A stretch of 52,066 nucleotides of DNA from assembly GCA_001821555.1 (NCBI GenBank), contig MHMM01000005.1:6956-59021 (forward strand), given 5' to 3'. The notes beneath the pieces are model-generated. The model worked only from the letters and a program-made list of their open reading frames with translations, searched no databases and was not told where the DNA came from. Source of the stretch: Candidatus Nealsonbacteria bacterium RIFOXYB1_FULL_40_15 (lineage in GTDB: Bacteria; Patescibacteriota; Minisyncoccia; Minisyncoccales; GWA2-38-27). Shown piece after piece: positions 47,035 through 52,066 of the stretch (its first letter is position 1; each line of letters begins with the position of its first letter). The translations under genes and the position numbers were made by a program.

Positions 47035-48099
47035 ATGCCATTAAGCATTGGGATAGTTGGGTTGCCAAACGTAGGCAAGTCCACATTGTTCCAGACAATT
47101 ACAAAGAAACAGGTGGATATAGCAAACTATCCTTTTTGCACCATAGAGCCCAATCTGGGAGTTGTTGCCGTTCCCGATGAAAGAGTAGATAAACTGGCCA
47201 ACCTTACAAGCTCTAAAAAGAAAATATATACTACTATTGAATTCTGGGATATAGCAGGGCTTGTAAAAGGAGCTAATAAGGGAGAGGGGCTGGGAAATAA
47301 GTTTCTTGCAAATATCAGAGAAACAGACGCAATAGTATATGTATTGCGCGCCTTTTCTGATAAAAATGTGATAACGACTCAGAATAAGATAGATCCCTTG
47401 TCCGAAAAGGAAATTCTGGACACAGAGCTTATCTTAAAAGATCTAGAAACATTGGAAAAAAGATTGTCCGGCCTGGAAAGAGATATGAGGTCAGGAAATA
47501 AAGAGGCGATAAAGGAGCATGATGCCGTCAGAAAAGCCAAGCAGTTTTTAGACGAAGGAAAGATTTTGTATGGACAAGATTTTGATGAGGAAGAGTTAAA
47601 TATTCTAAAGCAGTACCAGCTTTTGACTTTAAAGCCAAGATTATACCTTTTGAACGGAAAAGACGAGGAGGTTCCAAAAGAAATCATAGCCGAATTTAAA
47701 ACCCGCAACTGGCATTTTTTGATAGCAGATATTTTGGCTGAGTTTGAAGTGGCAGGACTGAACAGAGAGGAGAGAAAAGAACTGGGATTTGCAGAAGAAT
47801 CAGAACTGGATATTTTAATCAAGAAAGCATATCAGACTCTGGGGCTTATAACCTTTTTGACAACGGGGCCCGATGAGACCAGGGCATGGACTTTGGAGAA
47901 GAACAAAAAAGCCCCGCAGGCCGGGGGAGTAATACACTCGGATTTTGAAAAGAACTTTATCCGTGCCGATGTTATAAACTGGAGGGATCTTTTGAATGCA
48001 GGAGGATTTGCTCAAGCTAGAGAGAAAGGCCTTATCCGCACCGAAGGCAAAGAGTATATCGTCGCTGACGGTGACGTGATTGAAATACGCCACGGTTGA
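47035..48099 (+). CDS. ychF: Ribosome-binding ATPase YchF
   Basis: GIVGLPNVGKST, ANYPFCTIEPN, DIAGLVKGA..GEGLGNKFL, TGS domain. Confidence 0.96.
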   Translation: MPLSIGIVGLPNVGKSTLFQTITKKQVDIANYPFCTIEPNLGVVAVPDERVDKLANLTSSKKKIYTTIEFWDIAGLVKGANKGEGLGNKFLANIRETDAIVYVLRAFSDKNVITTQNKIDPLSEKEILDTELILKDLETLEKRLSGLERDMRSGNKEAIKEHDAVRKAKQFLDEGKILYGQDFDEEELNILKQYQLLTLKPRLYLLNGKDEEVPKEIIAEFKTRNWHFLIADILAEFEVAGLNREERKELGFAEESELDILIKKAYQTLGLITFLTTGPDETRAWTLEKNKKAPQAGGVIHSDFEKNFIRADVINWRDLLNAGGFAQAREKGLIRTEGKEYIVADGDVIEIRHG

Positions 48100-48195
48100 G
48101 CCCATTGGCAAACATAGAATTTGTGGAAATAATAAATCTTAAGCAAAAGAAAACCTCGGGTGATGTTTTGTGTTTACATCACGCGAGGTTTTGCA

Positions 48196-48504
48196 CTAAA
48201 GAATCTCGATGGATTCCGCGAGCGGCGTAAATTCGTGCGCGAAGACTTCTTTTTGAACATCGTTTATCTGCCTGACTTTGAAGTCTTGAATGCGAGGGAC
48301 GCTTCCCCAAATTCCATAAACCGCAAGTTGGTTGTGAGCGACCGCGAGCCACATCGTATCAAATTCCAGTCTGTGCTGGAGCCGCAGAAATGTACGTTGC
48401 TGGAACTTTTCTCCAACATCGGCTTTGAAAGTTATTCGGATAATATTGCCTACGGCAATACCCTTCAGCGCTTCGTTTGCATCTTGTTCACTAGTAATCT
48501 TCAT
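48196..48504 (-). CDS. Hypothetical protein (102 aa)
   Basis: AAGGAG SD and a TTGACA...TATAAT-like upstream region on the minus strand. Confidence 0.65.
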   Translation of the reverse strand: MKITSEQDANEALKGIAVGNIIRITFKADVGEKFQQRTFLRLQHRLEFDTMWLAVAHNQLAVYGIWGSVPRIQDFKVRQINDVQKEVFAHEFTPLAESIEIL

Positions 48505-48654
48505 ACTTATTCTCCTTCTGTTCGGAAAAATTCGGTTTTTAAGCGGTTGAATATATCAACCTTGCTACCCATATTGTATATTATAATACACTATTTGTCA
48601 ATAGTTGGACATAAAACCCAAGTGCAGGGTGTATTGAATAGAAATCCGACATAA

Positions 48655-48882
48655 TTAGAGTAAATCTATAAATTCGTCTATCGTGAGGCCTGCTTGCAGA
48701 ATGATTGATTTTAAAGTTTTTGGCGCAAGGTCTCTATTGTGATAAGGGATAGTGACTCTTAAATTTAAATTATCGGGATGCCTTAATTGAACATGGCTTC
48801 CCGATTGATGATATTCAAAAAAACCAGCTTTTTTTAAGGCCTTGATTGTCAAGGCAGATGGTATCCGAGGAAGCTTGGGCAC
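48655..48882 (-). CDS. hicA: HicA-family mRNA interferase toxin
   Basis: MPKLP, QSGSHVQL, VTIPYH..DL...TLKSIILQAGL. Confidence 0.9.
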   Translation of the reverse strand: MPKLPRIPSALTIKALKKAGFFEYHQSGSHVQLRHPDNLNLRVTIPYHNRDLAPKTLKSIILQAGLTIDEFIDLL

Positions 48883-48884
48883 AA

Positions 48885-49115
48885 CTAGATGCTTACATTA
48901 ACTGTTCCTTTCTTTTTGGCGCTTTTCAGCATTTTATCTTTAAGTAAAGCTTCAAGATAACACCGAATAGCATCTTTTGCCATTTCTTTCGCCTCTTTAA
49001 GGTTGTTTCCCTCTGTTACAAGACCGGGGAGTTTTGGGACAGTTACTGTATATCCTTGGCCGTTATTTTCAAAAACTACCTCAAAGTTATAGATTGTTTG
49101 TTTTCTTTGCTTCAT
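48885..49115 (-). CDS. hicB: HicB-family antitoxin (short form, no DNA-binding domain)
   Basis: GYTVTVPKLPGLVTEGNNLKEAKEMAKDAI; true start ATG49115 after TG-A-TATAAT. Confidence 0.88.
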   Translation of the reverse strand: MKQRKQTIYNFEVVFENNGQGYTVTVPKLPGLVTEGNNLKEAKEMAKDAIRCYLEALLKDKMLKSAKKKGTVNVSI

Positions 49116-49237
49116 ATTTTTTATTATATCAAAATAACAGGTTATAATCAAATTAAAAATATCCGCACTAATTGTGAGGGATTTTTTAATCCTTGCTTTA
49201 CCGGAATAATTGAATATAATGTAAATAGCACGTTTTT

Positions 49238-49372
49238 GGGGCCGTAGCTCAGTTGGTAGAGCACAAGGTGAGCTCATTCTCGCTAACCAAGCTTGCAAGC
49301 GCTGGTTCAAATGAAAATTTGAATCAAGATGAGTGAGGCTTGAGGTCGTGGGTTCGAATCCCGCCGGCTCCA
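49238..49372 (+). tRNA. tRNA-Ala-like gene (G3:U70, A73) with about 62 extra nt in the anticodon arm
   Basis: Acceptor GGGGCCG/CGGCTCC-A, D-arm GCTC-AGTTGGTA-GAGC, variable AGGTC, T-arm GTGGG-TTCGAAT-CCCGC; 71 nt between CAAG and CTTG. Confidence 0.8.
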
Positions 49373-49396
49373 ATTAGCCTGTAAGGGGGTGCAGGC

Positions 49397-49430
49397 AAAA
49401 AGAGCCTCTTATTCTTAGGGGCTCTTTTTT
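49397..49430. terminator. Bidirectional terminator between the tRNA-like gene and efp
   Basis: AAAAAGAGCC...GGCTCTTTTT. Confidence 0.75.
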
Positions 49431-49998
49431 ATTTCTTTTCTATCCTTCTTACGTATTCTTCCTTTTCCGTATTTATTTCTATAGTATCGCCCTCTTCTAT
49501 AAAGAGAGGAACCTGTATTTCAGCTCCTGTTTCTAATTTAACGGTCTTTGTTCCGCCTTGCGCCCTGTCTCCTTTTATTCCCGGAGGAGCTTCTTTCACC
49601 GCAAGCTCCATTTTGATCGGAGTTGATATGCTGATGATTCTGTCTTCATAAACTAGTCCGTCCACTTCAATATTAGATTTTAAGAATTTAAAAGCGCTCC
49701 CTATCTGTTCTTTTGACAGTTCAAACCTTTCGGAGGGTTTGTCAGGGTAGCAGAACACATATTTATCTTTATTTGAATATATAAACTTTATAACCGTTCT
49801 CTCAAGTTCGGCTTCTTCAAAAATATCTCCCTGATGGAAATTTCTTTCAAATACATTTCCTGTCACCAGATTCTTTATCTTTGTTTGAATGACAACTCTC
49901 CTTTGGGCTTTTTTCATAGGCATGGACCATAAAACCTCGTAGGGTTGCCCGTCTATTATAATCCTTATTCCTTTTCTTAATTCCGAATGTGAAATCAT
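49429..49998 (-). CDS. efp: Elongation factor P
   Basis: ELRKG...DGQPYEV, KIKNLVTG, PPGIKGDRAQGGTK...LETGAEIQVPLFIEEGD...YVRR. Confidence 0.93.
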   Translation of the reverse strand: MISHSELRKGIRIIIDGQPYEVLWSMPMKKAQRRVVIQTKIKNLVTGNVFERNFHQGDIFEEAELERTVIKFIYSNKDKYVFCYPDKPSERFELSKEQIGSAFKFLKSNIEVDGLVYEDRIISISTPIKMELAVKEAPPGIKGDRAQGGTKTVKLETGAEIQVPLFIEEGDTIEINTEKEEYVRRIEKK

Positions 49999-50005
49999 AT
50001 TTGTA

Positions 50006-50121
50006 AAATTCTTTCTCGGAAAACGCTTTGCTTGACACGCATATTTTTCTGCTGAAAAATTGCTCTATCTCGCGCCGTCGCGCTGCGAAAGGTCTCGCAA
50101 AGCATTTATCCGGTAGAATTT
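50006..50121. repeat. Long imperfect intergenic inverted repeat
   Basis: AAATTCT..CGGA.AAACGCTTTGC..GAC ... GTC..GCAAAGCATTT.TCCG..AGAATTT. Confidence 0.55.
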
Positions 50122-50974
50122 AGAAAAATTTCGAATGTCCTTTTAAATATTCCTCGTAATCCATTTCTTTCTTTCCTTCAGGCTGCACTTTTTTGATTGT
50201 AAGGTTTCCTTCAGAAAGTTCTGCTTTTAATATTTTAACTCTTAACACTTTACCATTTTTCTGGACAAAAGTAAACGCTCCCGGCCATGGATTGTACGCC
50301 CTTATTTTCCTATCTATTTTTTCAGGACTTTCATTCCAGTCAATTTCTCCGTCTTCTTTTTTAAGAATCTTGGTAAAAGTCGCTTCTTCGTGGTTTTGAT
50401 CTTTGGCTTTTATCTCCCCCTTGATCCAGCTCGGGATTGTTTTTAAAAGCAAATTAGCTCCGGCGTTAGCCAATTTTTCAGACAATGATTTGCATGTATC
50501 TATGCTTGATACTTGATACTTTACGCTTGATACTATTTTTCCGTGATCCATTTTTTCATCCATAAGCATTATAGAGACACCTGTTTCTCTTTCTCCTTCT
50601 AATATCGCAGACTGGATAGGGGAAGATCCTCTGTATTTTGGAAGCAACGACGGATGGACATTTAATGACCCGTATTTTGGAATATCCAGGATATTCTTTG
50701 GGATTATTTGCCCATACGCCGCTGTAATAATAATATCTGGCTTTATGCTTAATACTTTATACAAAATACTTGATATTTTTATGGGCTGTTCAACTGGAAT
50801 GTTATATTTTTGGGCAGTTATTTTGACGGGAGGGGGCGTCATTTCTTGCCTTCGGCCGACTGGCTTATCGGGGGAGGTTATAACCAAAACCGGCTCATAA
50901 AGATTGGCTATGAGTTTTTCAAGTATTATCGCTCCGAATTCCGGTGTTCCTATAAATACTATTTTGGGCATCAT
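50120..50974 (-). CDS. fmt: Methionyl-tRNA formyltransferase
   Basis: IVFIGTPEF, PDKPVGR, AAYGQI, NVHPSLLPKYRGSSPI, PWPGA. Confidence 0.95.
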   Translation of the reverse strand: MMPKIVFIGTPEFGAIILEKLIANLYEPVLVITSPDKPVGRRQEMTPPPVKITAQKYNIPVEQPIKISSILYKVLSIKPDIIITAAYGQIIPKNILDIPKYGSLNVHPSLLPKYRGSSPIQSAILEGERETGVSIMLMDEKMDHGKIVSSVKYQVSSIDTCKSLSEKLANAGANLLLKTIPSWIKGEIKAKDQNHEEATFTKILKKEDGEIDWNESPEKIDRKIRAYNPWPGAFTFVQKNGKVLRVKILKAELSEGNLTIKKVQPEGKKEMDYEEYLKGHSKFF

Positions 50975-51642
50975 TGCTCTGTTTTCCATTCTATTTTGTT
51001 TTCTTTATCAGCAAATTCAAGCCATTCGCCGTCTTTTGAAATAACATACCATTTCTTTTTGGCTTCAGACCATACCATAGGCCTGCTATTGTAATACGGT
51101 TTTTTGACTATTTCTTTTGGTTTTAATCTGTCTAGTTCCAGCCACTTTTTGAACACTGTTTCTATTGTGTAATCCAATTTTCTTGAATTTGCCCAATCTG
51201 CAACCTTGGTTATTGCCTGTTTTGCTTTATCCAGAGATCCTGCAAGTTCCAAAAGCTCTTTAGCTGGCCTGGTATATCTTGAGTAGATTATCTTTCTTTT
51301 TCTTGCGCTTTGCTTTAATTCTTTTAAGTCCACCCCCTTGCTTTCAAAAAAATGGGTGACAATCTGCCTGATTTTAGTTTCTTCTTTTAATTCTTCCAAA
51401 CGTTTCATCTTTCCCTTTTTTAGATACTCCTCTATTTTCTTTGCTGTTTCTTCTCCTATTCCTTCTATCTTTGTCAGTCCTTTCTTTCCCTCTTTTTTAT
51501 ATATTATAGCGACGTCTTCATTAAAACTTTCTAAAGATTCGGCTGCTTTGTTATAGGATTTTATTTTAAATAAGTTTTCTCCCTTTATATCTAAAAGCTT
51601 TGCGATTTCACGAAATGCCTCTGACAATTCCTTGTTTTTCAT
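50971..51642 (-). CDS. PolX N-terminal (8-kDa, HhH) domain fused to an unknown C-terminal domain
   Basis: MKNKELSEAFREIA.LLDIKGEN.FKIKSYNKAA...IEGIGEETAKKIEEY; no polymerase palm or PHP domain. Confidence 0.75.
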   Translation of the reverse strand: MKNKELSEAFREIAKLLDIKGENLFKIKSYNKAAESLESFNEDVAIIYKKEGKKGLTKIEGIGEETAKKIEEYLKKGKMKRLEELKEETKIRQIVTHFFESKGVDLKELKQSARKRKIIYSRYTRPAKELLELAGSLDKAKQAITKVADWANSRKLDYTIETVFKKWLELDRLKPKEIVKKPYYNSRPMVWSEAKKKWYVISKDGEWLEFADKENKIEWKTEQ

Positions 51643-51932
51643 AAAATCTGCTTTATTCTTTCTGCCTCCTGCTGGACAATAGGAGAATCATATTCTCCCG
51701 AATGGGCAGTGGAGCCCTTGTATACGGGCCTTTTCTGATCCAAATGCAGATTAATTACAAGTTCCCCCTTCTCTTTCTTTATATACAAATGGAATCTTGG
51801 GTATCCTGACCTCTCCAGGGGCCTGGCAAAAACAGCTTGCTTTGTTTTTTCGTCTTCGTGCATAAACAAATAACCAGCCCTTCTCAACAGGGTTATAACG
51901 CTTCCGCCCGGATCAGAGATATTAAATGTCAT
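51639..51932 (-). CDS. Conserved-looking hypothetical protein
   Basis: GYPRFHLY...LHLDQKRPVYKG..AHSGEY; ATGA overlap with the next gene. Confidence 0.75.
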   Translation of the reverse strand: MTFNISDPGGSVITLLRRAGYLFMHEDEKTKQAVFARPLERSGYPRFHLYIKKEKGELVINLHLDQKRPVYKGSTAHSGEYDSPIVQQEAERIKQIL

Positions 51933-51956
51933 TATTGAATGTTATCACTTTTGAAG

Positions 51957-51985
51957 AAAAAAAGAAGCCCGAAACTATGTCGGGC
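51957..51985 (-). terminator. Intrinsic terminator of a gene entering from the right edge
   Basis: Minus strand GCCCGA-catagtt-TCGGGC-TTCTTTTTTT. Confidence 0.65.
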
Positions 51986-52066
51986 CCATATAACGCGATT
52001 TTTCGACTAGATGGGGTCATCCATCAATAATCGGCTCTTGAGATCCCATATCAAAATCTGGTGAAG

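Noticed and set aside
48160-48654. 164-aa plus-strand ORF
   Set aside because: It overlaps the SD-led minus-strand ORF 48196-48504 and its promoter; likely a shadow.
49238-49372. tmRNA, or tRNA-Met/Ile2 based on the CTCAT in the insert
   Set aside because: It has a full D-stem and is far too short for tmRNA, with no tag ORF. CTCAT is paired with ATGAG and the acceptor stem has Ala identity.
49116-49373. N-terminal extension of HicB in the ORF track (162 aa)
   Set aside because: It is the antisense read-through of the tRNA-like gene; ATG49115 has its own -10 element.
52007-52066. 3' end of a minus-strand gene at the window edge
   Set aside because: Only about 20 codons are visible, so frame and product cannot be determined.

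Overview
A 52-kb AT-rich bacterial chromosome segment using standard code 11 (the prfB frameshift depends on TGA as stop). It is most consistent with a Patescibacteria/CPR (Parcubacteria-like) genome. That is inference from the many apparently leaderless genes, the CCTGCCTGCCGGCAGGCAGG palindrome, the non-canonical EF-P loop and the class F sortase. Housekeeping blocks are ftsB, tRNA-Gly, tRNA-Thr, prfB (+1 frameshift), ftsEX and tRNA-Gln at the left, and RluA, rlmE, UvrD-nuclease, ybaB, ychF, efp and fmt at the right. Downstream of tRNA-Gln lies a ~15-kb, almost entirely co-oriented accessory region (3.4-18.5 kb). It carries ParA, TrmB, GH3, GNAT, PepE, an aminotransferase, ArsM, four NUDIX genes, HIT, a Maf pseudogene, MBL, RsgA, two NYN nucleases and a serine-recombinase relic. 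Its modules are punctuated by a degenerate copy of the tRNA-Gln 3' end, a repeated hairpin/-10 leader and an 18-bp tandem-repeat element. The middle holds tasA-sipW, a class F sortase with an LPDTG substrate, two ECF sigma/anti-sigma pairs and a CsoR copper operon. Strongest leads: (1) both NYN nuclease genes are followed by a convergent consensus promoter driving a ~55-nt structurally conserved antisense RNA, a candidate RNA-antitoxin system; (2) an Ala-identity tRNA-like gene whose anticodon arm is replaced by a 71-nt branched structure; (3) a repeated hairpin-promoter module at the start of accessory cassettes; (4) an islet flanked by a duplicated ychF promoter and 5' end. All calls were made by eye; no searches or folding programs were run.
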